The position numbers and the translations under genes are program-made. 64,000 nucleotides of DNA from a virus: IMG/VR virus record IMGVR_UViG_3300024346_007254, positions 1 through 64,000 of that record. One strand, given 5' to 3'. Positions 10,034-19,609 of this stretch are shown piece after piece. Below the pieces are notes generated by a model. The model made no database searches. It saw only the letters and a program-made list of their open reading frames with translations, and had not been told where the DNA came from. How positions within the stretch are numbered: the first letter of the stretch is position 1; each line of letters begins with the position of its first letter.

Positions 10034-11113
10034 TTATTTAAACTGTGCAGCAAACGGATCAAACTCTGCTCCACATTTCATAGAACATACTTTTAGCTTA
10101 CCTGATGCACAAGTCGGCTTATTCCAACTTGCTTGTATAGAATCAAATATTCCAGTATCAAACACTGCACGTAGACCATGTATCTTAGCGTTAACTGCAT
10201 CTTTGCCGCCTGCTTCGTCAATAAAGTCCCATACTTGTTCTACTTTTGGATCTTTGTGCCACCACTTGTACATACGACCTGCTGTCCAGCAACACGGCAT
10301 TGCCAATCCTTCTGCTGTAATAAACAAGTTGCCTTCGTCTTTTACTTTACAATTAATAGGTGCAGCATCATAATATGCGTCCATACTACCGTACTTGTCA
10401 ATAATTACATCCTGTTTCTTAAGTGCAGTGTTTTGAAACTTTTCATCAGGCTTTTTAATTTCGTTGGTTTCGTTGCCTTTGCGATCAACTGCTTGGTGCG
10501 ATTCTTTCTTTTCACTGTTAGCAGTAACAAAACGTCCTGTCTTCTTTGCAACGAACCTCTCAAATCCCATTTCTTTACTTAATGCTTCGGCTTCTTCTAC
10601 TTGGTGCTGGTTATGTTCGAAGATGAGGAAGTCCCAACGGGCTCTGCCTCCTGCTGCAATAAAAGCTCGCATTGAGCGTTGCACGTTGTCCCAATTAACG
10701 TTTTGCCTATATATATGGTTGGTATCAGCAAGACCATCCACACTAAAAATGACAGCGCCGCAACGCCCAAAAACGGCTGCAAGTTCTCTCCACCATGTTT
10801 CATTCTTCGCTCCTGCGTTAGTGTTCATACTCAACCACATGTCTTTATTATGACTGCGAAAGTATTCAAAAATTTCTAATGTATCTCTAGCAACAATTGG
10901 ATCACCTAAGTTGCCGCACATATACAATGTCTTAAGCTGCTTGATAAAGCTGGGCTCAAACATTACTTTAATGTCGTCAAGTGTAAGTTCGCTCAAGTCG
11001 ATGTGCGGATTAACTGCTCCGCCGTTTTGATTACGGTCACACATCGGACAAGCTGCTTGACAATTCTGTGTGTTTTCTAAATGAATTACTCTAATATCTT
11101 CGTACTTGTACAT
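10034..11113 (-). CDS. Radical SAM protein, type B
   Basis: HLENTQNCQAACPMC, MCGNLGDP, MPCCW, CSMKC. Confidence 0.9.
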   Translation of the reverse strand: MYKYEDIRVIHLENTQNCQAACPMCDRNQNGGAVNPHIDLSELTLDDIKVMFEPSFIKQLKTLYMCGNLGDPIVARDTLEIFEYFRSHNKDMWLSMNTNAGAKNETWWRELAAVFGRCGAVIFSVDGLADTNHIYRQNVNWDNVQRSMRAFIAAGGRARWDFLIFEHNQHQVEEAEALSKEMGFERFVAKKTGRFVTANSEKKESHQAVDRKGNETNEIKKPDEKFQNTALKKQDVIIDKYGSMDAYYDAAPINCKVKDEGNLFITAEGLAMPCCWTAGRMYKWWHKDPKVEQVWDFIDEAGGKDAVNAKIHGLRAVFDTGIFDSIQASWNKPTCASGKLKVCSMKCGAEFDPFAAQFK

Positions 11114-11935
11114 TTATTTTAATGCCTTTAAAATTTCTGGAGCAACATAATTAGTCATAAGTTCGGTATTTCCTTTTGGTCCCATGTGGTTGCCGATGTC
11201 AGTCCAGTGTTTATCCAAAAGTCCTGTTTCTTGTACTACAAAATCAACAATGTTAATACTAGGGGCCGTGTTCTTGTCCCAAATTTGCAGCCAAGGATAA
11301 ACAAGATGGGGAATATTTTTATTTTCAATAAGCGCATGAGTATAGTATAATTGAGCCTGTATAGACTCTAGATGATGATACCCCCCTACTTCGCCTACAG
11401 CGTAGACGTTCATCTTATTAAGTAAATCAAATACCCATTTTACTTTTTTAGATATCCTATTCCCTGGCTGACTGGCTATTCCAGGATTTACCCATATTCC
11501 TCCCAAAAGTGGATCAACCCCAAATTTAGGAAGATCACTGTACGGTAACAAATAATGATTGTTGCGAGACTTATTATCACCTGTAGGATGTCTCTGCAGA
11601 TTTCTTGGATCAATTGCATTGAAGAATTTTTTAGAATTAAAAAGTAGACCTAAGCGGTGAGGAGTTGTTACTTGCCAAACAATAAAATCAGGAGTATAAT
11701 ATTCTAAATATTTTTGGATAATCATTGCTTGTGTTGCTACTGAACTACATAAAACTGATACATTGTATAATTCAAAGTCATCTAGGCCGCCTTCTTCTAA
11801 TAGATCATAAAGAATATCCGTCGGAGTTAGGTCGTATGGATTTAAATCTTCCTTTTGAAATTTCTTTAGCTTCTCTACTTTAGAACCGTATAAGCCACGT
11901 GTAAAGCTACATCCAACTACTAATATTTTTTTCAT
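11114..11935 (-). CDS. SGNH/GDSL-like hydrolase or acyltransferase (G-C-S variant)
   Basis: N-terminal VVGCSFT block I and C-terminal DIGNH. Confidence 0.6.
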   Translation of the reverse strand: MKKILVVGCSFTRGLYGSKVEKLKKFQKEDLNPYDLTPTDILYDLLEEGGLDDFELYNVSVLCSSVATQAMIIQKYLEYYTPDFIVWQVTTPHRLGLLFNSKKFFNAIDPRNLQRHPTGDNKSRNNHYLLPYSDLPKFGVDPLLGGIWVNPGIASQPGNRISKKVKWVFDLLNKMNVYAVGEVGGYHHLESIQAQLYYTHALIENKNIPHLVYPWLQIWDKNTAPSINIVDFVVQETGLLDKHWTDIGNHMGPKGNTELMTNYVAPEILKALK

Positions 11936-12156
11936 TCATCTAATACCAATTTTACTTGTTTGCCCGGACCTACTTTGCTCGGTAAATCGCCGTAACGATC
12001 TATATACCATTCAATAACAGCTTTGTACCAGTTTTGGCTATTATGATGTGCCTTTTGATTAAACTGCCATATGTTATTGTTTGTTGCTTCCATTGTACTT
12101 AGTGCTCTTGCACTTTCCGTTTGCAACTCTCTTAAACTTAAATCACTTATATCCAA
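11932..12156 (-). CDS. Small hypothetical protein (74 aa)
   Basis: Overlaps both neighbours in the operon, no recognisable motif. Confidence 0.7.
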   Translation of the reverse strand: MDISDLSLRELQTESARALSTMEATNNNIWQFNQKAHHNSQNWYKAVIEWYIDRYGDLPSKVGPGKQVKLVLDE

Positions 12157-13108
12157 TTTTCATAAACCTTGTATACTTTTCTAATTCAAGTTTTCCTTCG
12201 TAAAGAACTGTTGTCATTGGTGCAGATTTGCTGAACTCTTCGATTGACGAAGAACAGTTAACATGCTCTTCTATTTCAAAATAGTTATTACTTTGAAGTA
12301 TTACTAGTTTGCCATTGGGTATCTTTGCATACCAATCTGTAAAATTTTCAATATGTTCACAGCTTGTATTAATAATTGTATCCGGAACATCTAGCACATT
12401 GCATTCTGAGCCGTCTGCTCTCCTAACTGTGGATACGTGTTCTTCAAAATTAATCGATTGTATATCCTGTGTTGAAGCTTGGAATTTCCAATCATCGATC
12501 ACCCAAGGCTTATTGAACACTTTAGCAATGCCTTCGCATTTAAAATCAATATCAAAACTACGTATCTTGTCAACCTTTATATTTGACTCAAACAACATAA
12601 CTGCTAGAGTAGCATACCATCCTGCACATAAAAATACTGTTCCGAGATCGATTTTAGTTCTCTGAAGTTCTTCAACAAGCCATTGTTTACTTTGTAGCTG
12701 ACCTCTGCTAAAGCAATCTTCGTCTATTTCTATTTCATTAACAAAGAAATTTTTAAATGCAGCAATAAATTGCGTTTCGACATATCGGTCAAGTATAGGC
12801 CAAAGCTTCCATGTATTATCTTCGAGTACAAGTTTTCGTAAGTCGTCGTCATCGATAAGTCTAAATATACTATGCAAATTTTGTTCTGTAACAGCTTTTC
12901 TTAATTCTTCAGTATCATACTTATCAACAATACGAAACAAGCTATGTAAGTTTTTTTCTAGTACTGCTTTACGTAAGTCGTCATTGGCATTGGTCAACCT
13001 AAAAAGACTAGAAATATCTTGGTCGATGTATGTTCGTCTTAAATCTGCCAATTTTATATTAGTATAGTACAGTAATTCAAATCTATCTAATAGTTCAAAA
13101 GTTTTCAT
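12143..13108 (-). CDS. Class I SAM-dependent methyltransferase-like protein with N-terminal helical repeats
   Basis: FLCAGWYATLA, IRSFDID, IINTSCEH. Paralogue of 30909-31514. Start at 13108 from the ATGA overlap. Confidence 0.65.
   Translation of the reverse strand: MKTFELLDRFELLYYTNIKLADLRRTYIDQDISSLFRLTNANDDLRKAVLEKNLHSLFRIVDKYDTEELRKAVTEQNLHSIFRLIDDDDLRKLVLEDNTWKLWPILDRYVETQFIAAFKNFFVNEIEIDEDCFSRGQLQSKQWLVEELQRTKIDLGTVFLCAGWYATLAVMLFESNIKVDKIRSFDIDFKCEGIAKVFNKPWVIDDWKFQASTQDIQSINFEEHVSTVRRADGSECNVLDVPDTIINTSCEHIENFTDWYAKIPNGKLVILQSNNYFEIEEHVNCSSSIEEFSKSAPMTTVLYEGKLELEKYTRFMKIGYK
12815..13045 (-). repeat. About 3 tandem ~21-aa repeats (SLFRL...DDLRKAVLEKN)
   Basis: ISSLFRLTNANDDLRKAVLEKN / LHSLFRIVDKYDTEELRKAVTEQN / LHSIFRLIDDDDLRKLVLEDN. 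Boundaries approximate. Confidence 0.75.
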
Positions 13109-13818
13109 AGAGTTAGTTTCCATTTCTCTTTATTATAACACGCATAGCACACACCGTCAATCAATAATTTGTCATTTGTTATTTCGTATCTTACTGGCGG
13201 ATCTGCTTTTGTTGGGTTAGCATAGAACGGACAATGATCGGTTAGCTCTTTAAAAAATGTATTTGCGGGCGCTGATCTTCTGTAAACGCCCGGCGAATCC
13301 GAAAGTGCTGTACTATCAACTGCAAAGTTCATGCCAACAACTTCGGCAACTTCGGTATCTTGTGGAGAAATACATTCAACTGGAAATTTCTTTTTAAACT
13401 TTCCTACAAAGTCTGTAATAACTACAGGCACTGGTTTATTGTACAACTCAGCTACCATTAATCGAGTGCCGCCAGGATGTATTGCAATGTTCATCTTTCC
13501 AAACCAACTTAAACTTACCGGGGAAGTAATTCCAACTCCTGTTTTAATATCGTCGATGATTTTTGATAGAGCATTTAGCTTTCCGATGTGACTGTCATTT
13601 AGCCATGCTTCGTTGCTAAGAACAACATTACTATCTGCAAATAACGAATTAATTAGCCTTGATAGATACATATCGCTGTTATCGTCTGTAAAAGTTTTAC
13701 TAATTTCTGCTAAAGTTAAAAATGATATATAAGTTTTTGTGCCATGAAAATTATCAAACTCATTAGTTAACTCTACAAAATGCTGATAATCTTTTACAGT
13801 ATGAACTTGTAAATCCAT
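13105..13818 (-). CDS. Hypothetical protein
   Basis: Coupled ORF. IHPGGTR only weakly resembles a ParB/Srx motif. Confidence 0.7.
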   Translation of the reverse strand: MDLQVHTVKDYQHFVELTNEFDNFHGTKTYISFLTLAEISKTFTDDNSDMYLSRLINSLFADSNVVLSNEAWLNDSHIGKLNALSKIIDDIKTGVGITSPVSLSWFGKMNIAIHPGGTRLMVAELYNKPVPVVITDFVGKFKKKFPVECISPQDTEVAEVVGMNFAVDSTALSDSPGVYRRSAPANTFFKELTDHCPFYANPTKADPPVRYEITNDKLLIDGVCYACYNKEKWKLTL

Positions 13819-14789
13819 TATTGCTTTACCTCTATTGTAGTTCCTAACATCTGACCAACTTTTGCTTTTGGACTGTTACTCCAAACTAACACTTCGGCGT
13901 CGTCATATAAAAAGTCGCAATCTTTGCAATAAGAAATTTCATCAAATCTTCCTTCTGCATGTTTGGTTCGTAGTTCGTTGTACAAGTCTCCAAAGTATAT
14001 TTCTTCAAAGCTTTGTGTATCGAAGTGCCCGAGCACACTTGCACTCTCGGTAGGCGGTCCGAGCACTTGACAACAAGGCGTTACGGCTGCGCGATGCCCG
14101 TTAATCCCACCTGCTCGTATTGTAAGTTCGTCTGCTGCTGGACGACCGCAACTACGACGTTCTCCTTTTCGTCCATACTCCGGAGAATAGTTTCCGCTCC
14201 AGTTATGCATCTTCCATATAAAGCCTTCGGTACCAACAGGATATACAAAGTTGTTTTGGTATTGTTCAACTTCATAGTCCACTTGTGTTGGATCTAATAT
14301 AAGGTGATAACTGTCAAGATCGCACTTGCTATTTGTTTCTTTAATATATGCTTTTGCTTGTGTTGCATTATTATAAATCAAGTCCCAATTGTCAACGTCC
14401 ATCCATTTAGCATATGTTTCTCTATTGTACCCAATAACACTAAAACGAAACAGCGTTAATCCTGCATCAATACTGTCTTTCATAAGTCTATCTGAAAACT
14501 TACTTCCATTGCTGTAAATAAAGCTTGGCAAGCCACGGCGTGTACATGCTTCGATATATGCAGGAAGGTCTGCTGCCATTGTAGGTTCGCCGCTGCCTTC
14601 TAAATTGATAACAGGCTTTCCATACTTTGGAGTAATTTGATCTAAGATTTCTTCAAACTGCTTGAGTGGCATCTTACGCAAGAATTGTTTCTCTCGGCCG
14701 GGATTAGATTGCGGACACATCTGGCAAGTATAGTTGCAGCCGCCAAATATTTCAATTACAACTCTTTGTAAATTTACATCAGGATTCAT
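13818..14789 (-). CDS. Radical SAM protein with canonical C-terminal SPASM/twitch domain (BtrN-like layout)
   Basis: IEIFGGCNYTCQMC, EGSGEP, SCGRP...PCCQ...LGH...CKDCDF. Confidence 0.9.
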   Translation of the reverse strand: MNPDVNLQRVVIEIFGGCNYTCQMCPQSNPGREKQFLRKMPLKQFEEILDQITPKYGKPVINLEGSGEPTMAADLPAYIEACTRRGLPSFIYSNGSKFSDRLMKDSIDAGLTLFRFSVIGYNRETYAKWMDVDNWDLIYNNATQAKAYIKETNSKCDLDSYHLILDPTQVDYEVEQYQNNFVYPVGTEGFIWKMHNWSGNYSPEYGRKGERRSCGRPAADELTIRAGGINGHRAAVTPCCQVLGPPTESASVLGHFDTQSFEEIYFGDLYNELRTKHAEGRFDEISYCKDCDFLYDDAEVLVWSNSPKAKVGQMLGTTIEVKQ

Positions 14790-16077
14790 TAAATTTTTCT
14801 CTTAACCAATTAAAGTCATTAATCTTCTTTAATGCTTCTTTATCGTTCTGATTTCTTGCGCCATAAGCTGCGCCAGCTTTGGCGCCAGCTAATGCATATT
14901 TACCAAACGGGCGATCTTCGCCTACAGTACACCATGTTTGCAAACGAGTTTGTGTTTCTTCATCTTTTTGTCTGTCAATAACTTTAGAGGAAAGCTTAAC
15001 GCATTCTCTAAATGCACTTTTCCATGTATTATACGGATCGGTATTAAATCCAGTTATGTTGCTAATCTCTTGTACTGCTCTAAACTTGCTGCTAATGCTA
15101 GTTGTCATATCGGGCTTAGATAAGTCCATGTTAACTGTCATTTCGGTTGGCAACAACTTTACACCACCATACCCGTACACCAATCCATTAATAGGATTCT
15201 GGCTGCGCCATACATGAACAATATCTTGATCCCATTTTGGAGCCAAATAATCAAACTTAAAACCGTCTACAATTAGTGCGTCAGCATCTACTACCCAGAA
15301 CATGCTGGTCCTGCATAGCTTTGCTGCTTCAATGTGTGCGTTGTGTATGCCCTTAACACCATGTACACGCTTTGCACGTGGTGCAATCTGCAATAGCTTT
15401 TCGTAGTTTTCGTCTGCATTAGGTTCTTCATAACTCATAAACACTATGTCGTATTCTGTTGGGTTTGCAACAAACTTGAGTTCGTATTCTCTTCTAGTAA
15501 ACTTTGCATCTTTGCTGCACAATACAATACCGTCTTGATGTATTCCGTTAACGTAAGAATGATTAACTTTTCTGTCATATGATTCGTGGTGACTGAAATA
15601 CTTGTCAAATGCAACGTTGCAAGAAGGAGTAATGCCATTAGTAATAATCCAAAACATTTGATACGTTGATTTGTTTAGGGCATCTAAATAATCATCGTAT
15701 GTATTTGTGTGAAAAATTTCATAAGGTGCTGGAACACTAGCAGTAACGTCTACTTCTTTTTTATTCATAAAAAAACGATAGTTGAATTCTCTACTAGTGA
15801 TTGGTGCATGTTTTGGGACTAGTGCTATTCCGTCATACGTCTCGCCATTTTTAAACGTATGTATGTACTCTGTACTCCATTCATCAAGCCGAAAATCAAA
15901 TTGAAACTTGTCATCAACAATAACATCGTCGTATACTGTCCAAAAGAAATCGGTTAATGAAATACGCTGGGCTTCATGGAACGAGGATGCCCGCTTTGCC
16001 AAAGGAAAGCGTTTTTTAAGCTTTGCCCATTCTGGATTATCATAGTTAGTTGGCTGAATAAACACGATATCATACAT
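14779..16077 (-). CDS. GT-A fold glycosyltransferase with three tandem related domains
   Basis: YDIVFMSYEEPNA..RVHGVKG..AH..FWVVDAD (DxD), with two degenerate copies upstream. Start at the ATG at 16077. Confidence 0.7.
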   Translation of the reverse strand: MYDIVFIQPTNYDNPEWAKLKKRFPLAKRASSFHEAQRISLTDFFWTVYDDVIVDDKFQFDFRLDEWSTEYIHTFKNGETYDGIALVPKHAPITSREFNYRFFMNKKEVDVTASVPAPYEIFHTNTYDDYLDALNKSTYQMFWIITNGITPSCNVAFDKYFSHHESYDRKVNHSYVNGIHQDGIVLCSKDAKFTRREYELKFVANPTEYDIVFMSYEEPNADENYEKLLQIAPRAKRVHGVKGIHNAHIEAAKLCRTSMFWVVDADALIVDGFKFDYLAPKWDQDIVHVWRSQNPINGLVYGYGGVKLLPTEMTVNMDLSKPDMTTSISSKFRAVQEISNITGFNTDPYNTWKSAFRECVKLSSKVIDRQKDEETQTRLQTWCTVGEDRPFGKYALAGAKAGAAYGARNQNDKEALKKINDFNWLREKFNES

Positions 16078-16084
16078 ATACTTA

Positions 16085-16113
16085 ATTATAACATAATAGA
16101 TTTGCCGTGTCAA
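16085..16113 (-). promoter_or_regulatory. Sigma70-type promoter with extended -10
   Basis: TTGACA (16113-16108), N17 ending TGT, TATAAT (16090-16085), 7 nt to the ATG at 16077. Confidence 0.85.
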
Positions 16114-16120
16114 CTTATTG

Positions 16121-16128
16121 AATAAATA
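16121..16128 (+). promoter_or_regulatory. T4-late-like promoter motif
   Basis: AATAAATA 5 nt upstream of the ATG at 16134. Confidence 0.6.
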
Positions 16129-16133
16129 TTGTA

Positions 16134-17279
16134 ATGATATATGATGGTGGAACTTACAGAATAAATATTGAAGGTGAAGATAGCACCGTAATTCTCGATT
16201 CGTCTACAAACACAATCAAAGCGAATTTAGTAGACATTAATAATCAAACAGCGTTTAATCCAATTAATAGAGAATTTAACGGCGACTTTGTTGGAAATTT
16301 TCGCGGTAACATTGTAAACAGCCAAGGCGACAAACTTTACAACTGGAAAACGCAACAATTAAAAGCTAACATTATAAGCAATGACGGAATCATTTCGTAT
16401 AACTCCGACGCTAACGAATTTTACGGCAAGTTTGTTGGCACACATCTTGGAGATATTGTTAACCAACAAAACGAAATAGTTTACAATGCAGATCAAAGAT
16501 CTTTGTCCGCAAGTCTAAGAAGCATTAATGGCGATCTAGCTTATGACGCAAGTACAAATACTATCATGGCAAATTTTAGTGGAAAGATTATCAATAGTAT
16601 TAATGTTAGTGTACGGAATTCAACAAGTACAAAAACGTTAGTTGATGTAATAAGCGAGACTGTACATGCCCGTGTAATTGGAAATGTTATTTCTAACGAC
16701 GGAGAAACTATAGTTAATGCTACTAGAAACTCCGTTAAGACCAAAACCGTAAAAACTGCAAATCTACGTCCATGGGAATATGACACCGGACTTACTATTG
16801 GACAAAACAACAGCGACCTAACCTTAATATCTGGAAAAAATGGAATTGACATTGTAAAACAAGATCATAGCGATTCTCTCTCACAACGCAACCGAATTAA
16901 TTTTATAACCGATCTTAACGCTGCGTTGAATGAGCGGCTATTAGCAAGTATCGAAGGTACCGGAATTCACAACGGAGAATTATACCAAGGCGGGGTGTTA
17001 GCTTTTGGCATAGACAAAGACTTTAAGGCAAAGGGCGAATTTAGCAGTATTCCTTCTTGGTTTGGAGTGTTTGTTAATGACGGTAGTGCTCCAACTTATG
17101 GAATCGAGAACGCACTAACTCAAAGTTTAATATTTGATCATACTGGCATTTTAAATATTCCAGTATTGAAACTTAGAGGTAAACAGCCAAAAAACCCCGA
17201 AGAGGGTACTATTATCTTTAATAAAAAGCTTAAAAAGTTTCAAGGATATACTGGCGACGAGTGGGTTAATTTACATTAA
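16134..17279 (+). CDS. Putative virion structural or fibre-like protein with Asn-rich repeats
   Basis: Repeats such as FNGDFVGNFRGNIV and FYGKFVGTHLGDIV, C-terminal EGTIIFNKKLKKFQGYTGDEW motif typical of phage fibre proteins. Confidence 0.55.
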   Translation: MIYDGGTYRINIEGEDSTVILDSSTNTIKANLVDINNQTAFNPINREFNGDFVGNFRGNIVNSQGDKLYNWKTQQLKANIISNDGIISYNSDANEFYGKFVGTHLGDIVNQQNEIVYNADQRSLSASLRSINGDLAYDASTNTIMANFSGKIINSINVSVRNSTSTKTLVDVISETVHARVIGNVISNDGETIVNATRNSVKTKTVKTANLRPWEYDTGLTIGQNNSDLTLISGKNGIDIVKQDHSDSLSQRNRINFITDLNAALNERLLASIEGTGIHNGELYQGGVLAFGIDKDFKAKGEFSSIPSWFGVFVNDGSAPTYGIENALTQSLIFDHTGILNIPVLKLRGKQPKNPEEGTIIFNKKLKKFQGYTGDEWVNLH

Positions 17280-17764
17280 TGAAATATATAGGAAATTATC
17301 AATTTGATGGGTTGCGAGAATTAGCAATTATGCACGTCGGATCTAGACGGCCACGCGATATACCCCACAAAGAAAGTTGGGACGGATATACAGCGGCATC
17401 AAAAGCTGGGCATTATGATTTAAATGCAGTGTATTGGGAAATTGTAGAACAAGGACAAATTGATACTGATTTAAAATTTCCGTGGACAAATTCAAACACG
17501 CACTGGTGGATTTCAAAAATGACTCCAGGACAGTTTATGCCGATGCACGTAGATCCAATAGCTGAAAAACGCAAATGCAATAGATACTGGATCCCGTTAC
17601 AAGATTACGAACCAGGACATATCTTTATTTACGATACTGAGTTAATTAAAGATTATGTTGCAGGAGACGTTTATCAGTTCAACGACAGCGACGGTTATCA
17701 CGGCGCTGCAAACATCGGGCACAGCGTTAGATTAGTATTGCAAGTAAACGAATATTTTGACTAA
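17279..17764 (+). CDS. 2OG-Fe(II) oxygenase (Asp/Asn beta-hydroxylase-like)
   Basis: PMHVD (HxD)...YHGAAN...RLVL. TAATG coupling to the upstream gene. Confidence 0.75.
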   Translation: MKYIGNYQFDGLRELAIMHVGSRRPRDIPHKESWDGYTAASKAGHYDLNAVYWEIVEQGQIDTDLKFPWTNSNTHWWISKMTPGQFMPMHVDPIAEKRKCNRYWIPLQDYEPGHIFIYDTELIKDYVAGDVYQFNDSDGYHGAANIGHSVRLVLQVNEYFD

Positions 17765-18327
17765 TTCCATCTAACTGACAAATCAGAAATATAACTTTGG
17801 CTATTAAGTACATAATCAACCGCTTCGATTAATTGTTCGCTGTCTGTAAACGGTTCGTTATTACTAGCTTCTAATAGGTTTCCAAATTTTATTAAAATGC
17901 TTTGTGGCATATTATGCCAATTGTTAGTTAAATGGTCATAACAAAGTTCTTTGTGTGCTTTTTCTAAAAGTAATTTCGTACTTACATACTCGCTTTGAAA
18001 TCCACGCAACAGTTGAAGATCGTTGACGCTAAAATCAGTTGCTAATGTTCCAAATGATATAATTTTTTTAATATCAAAATTTGCGTTCTTTTTCCACGTG
18101 TTAAATACTCGAATAGCAAGTTCTGATTGCGAATGCCCAATACATGCAATGTTAAAGAACACATCTGCATCTTTTGCTAATTCAACAACTCGATCACATG
18201 ATTCTTGCGTTAAAAGATCAAACCCATTTGAACGAGATACAACTAACCAGTTGTATTGGTTTTTGTACTTCTCAAAAATGATATTACCAACTGGGTTAGT
18301 CGACCCAGTTATAATTGCTGTTTTCAT
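17761..18327 (-). CDS. Short-chain dehydrogenase/reductase-like Rossmann protein
   Basis: AIITGS..VG, SRSNGFDL, FNIA, YVSTK (YxxxK). Confidence 0.6.
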   Translation of the reverse strand: MKTAIITGSTNPVGNIIFEKYKNQYNWLVVSRSNGFDLLTQESCDRVVELAKDADVFFNIACIGHSQSELAIRVFNTWKKNANFDIKKIISFGTLATDFSVNDLQLLRGFQSEYVSTKLLLEKAHKELCYDHLTNNWHNMPQSILIKFGNLLEASNNEPFTDSEQLIEAVDYVLNSQSYISDLSVRWN

Positions 18328-18770
18328 TTGATATTAAATCCTGCAAAAGTAAAATTAGGATTATCAATCCAAAATCTAATTGTATTTCCAATTAGTTTGT
18401 AATTTTTATAGCTGGTGCTAGTTAGTTTTAAATATAGCATCGGATGTGTACTGTGTCTTGACAGTTTAACAAATTCATTTTCTAATGATTCTTTTGTTTT
18501 ACTGTATTTTGGAGTGTCTGGATTATGAAAAGTGCTTGCAATACTGCCACATACTACAATACTACATTTTTTATTCAATCTTTCAAGATAGTCAAGTTGT
18601 GTTCCGTTAGCATATGCATTCAATATAACAAGACTATCTTGTTCGATCGAGCTGCATATATTGTTAATATCTTGCTCTATGTTGTATTCTGGCCTATCAA
18701 ACCCAAAACAATTAAATTCGTGTTTTAAATATAACCCAAGACCGCGTGTGCTTCCTGTTATATACCTCAA
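18324..18770 (-). CDS. Minimal SDR-like protein
   Basis: ITGSTRGLG, ILNA, YSKTK (YxxxK). Confidence 0.6.
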   Translation of the reverse strand: MRYITGSTRGLGLYLKHEFNCFGFDRPEYNIEQDINNICSSIEQDSLVILNAYANGTQLDYLERLNKKCSIVVCGSIASTFHNPDTPKYSKTKESLENEFVKLSRHSTHPMLYLKLTSTSYKNYKLIGNTIRFWIDNPNFTFAGFNIK

Positions 18771-19582
18771 TAGTGCTCCAAATGATCAATTCCTAGTGTC
18801 TTTCTAAAGCTGTCACTAAACTTGCAATCAATGCGCAATCCGTATTCAACTTCTTTAGATTCCTCGCCGCCGTGCCAGTCTTCGTCATTCCAAAATGCTG
18901 CATTACAATTTATGTAGTGCTTATTTTCTGTTTCCGGGTCCCAAATATAAAAGCCACGCTTGGTTCTATAACGGATGTGAATAAACTCGTTGTTGTGCTG
19001 CGAGTACTGTTTATCGTCAAAGACTCCATTATTTGCATCGAGGTCTCTGTGTTCAAATGCTCGGCCGTTATGGTCGCAATGGAAAAATATTACTCTGCCA
19101 ATGCGATCAATAATTCCACTAGTTTGTAAATTCTCAACCCATTTTACAATACCCGGAAAGTATACACTCTCTTCCGTCTTTTGTCGTGCAGTGTTACGTT
19201 CATTCCAGTCACCTTGTTCCCAAAGGAAATAATAAATGTAAGGATCGTTTGCGCCCATAGTAGCTTTAAGGTAACGAGTAAAAATGTTACGATTTCTAAA
19301 ATCTTTTAAATCTGTAAAATATAGCTTATCCCCTATAATTCTGATCGGATCATCTTCAGGAAGTTCGAGATATTCTTCAACTGCTTTGTAAATTGGTTTC
19401 CAATCCATTGTATAGCTCATGTCTTTAAAGTCAAATCCAGGAGACATCCAAGTTCCTTCTTTTGCATAATCTCGTGCTAATGCAAAACCCTTTGCTATTT
19501 CAGGATGCAATCCCTTAAATCCGTCAATATCTAAATACGGGTCTAAGTTAATATACGGTCGATTTCCAATTCCTCTTATCAT
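18767..19582 (-). CDS. 2OG-Fe(II) oxygenase-like (double-stranded beta-helix) protein
   Basis: EHRD (HxD)...WHGG...LRID. Confidence 0.6.
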   Translation of the reverse strand: MIRGIGNRPYINLDPYLDIDGFKGLHPEIAKGFALARDYAKEGTWMSPGFDFKDMSYTMDWKPIYKAVEEYLELPEDDPIRIIGDKLYFTDLKDFRNRNIFTRYLKATMGANDPYIYYFLWEQGDWNERNTARQKTEESVYFPGIVKWVENLQTSGIIDRIGRVIFFHCDHNGRAFEHRDLDANNGVFDDKQYSQHNNEFIHIRYRTKRGFYIWDPETENKHYINCNAAFWNDEDWHGGEESKEVEYGLRIDCKFSDSFRKTLGIDHLEHY

Positions 19583-19587
19583 GTATC

Positions 19588-19604
19588 TATTTACTTGATA
19601 ACTA
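19588..19604. promoter_or_regulatory. Back-to-back late-promoter-like motifs
   Basis: AGTAAATA on minus (19595-19588), 5 nt from ATG 19582. GATAACTA on plus (19597-19604), 5 nt from ATG 19610. Confidence 0.55.
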
Positions 19605-19609
19605 AGTGT

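Noticed and set aside
11932-12156. RiPP precursor peptide for the SPASM enzymes
   Set aside because: No leader/core pattern, no Cys-rich or repeated core, and no RRE, peptidase or transporter is evident. The surrounding genes point to sugar chemistry
13105-13818. ParB/Srx-like domain
   Set aside because: Supported only by a short HPGGTR motif
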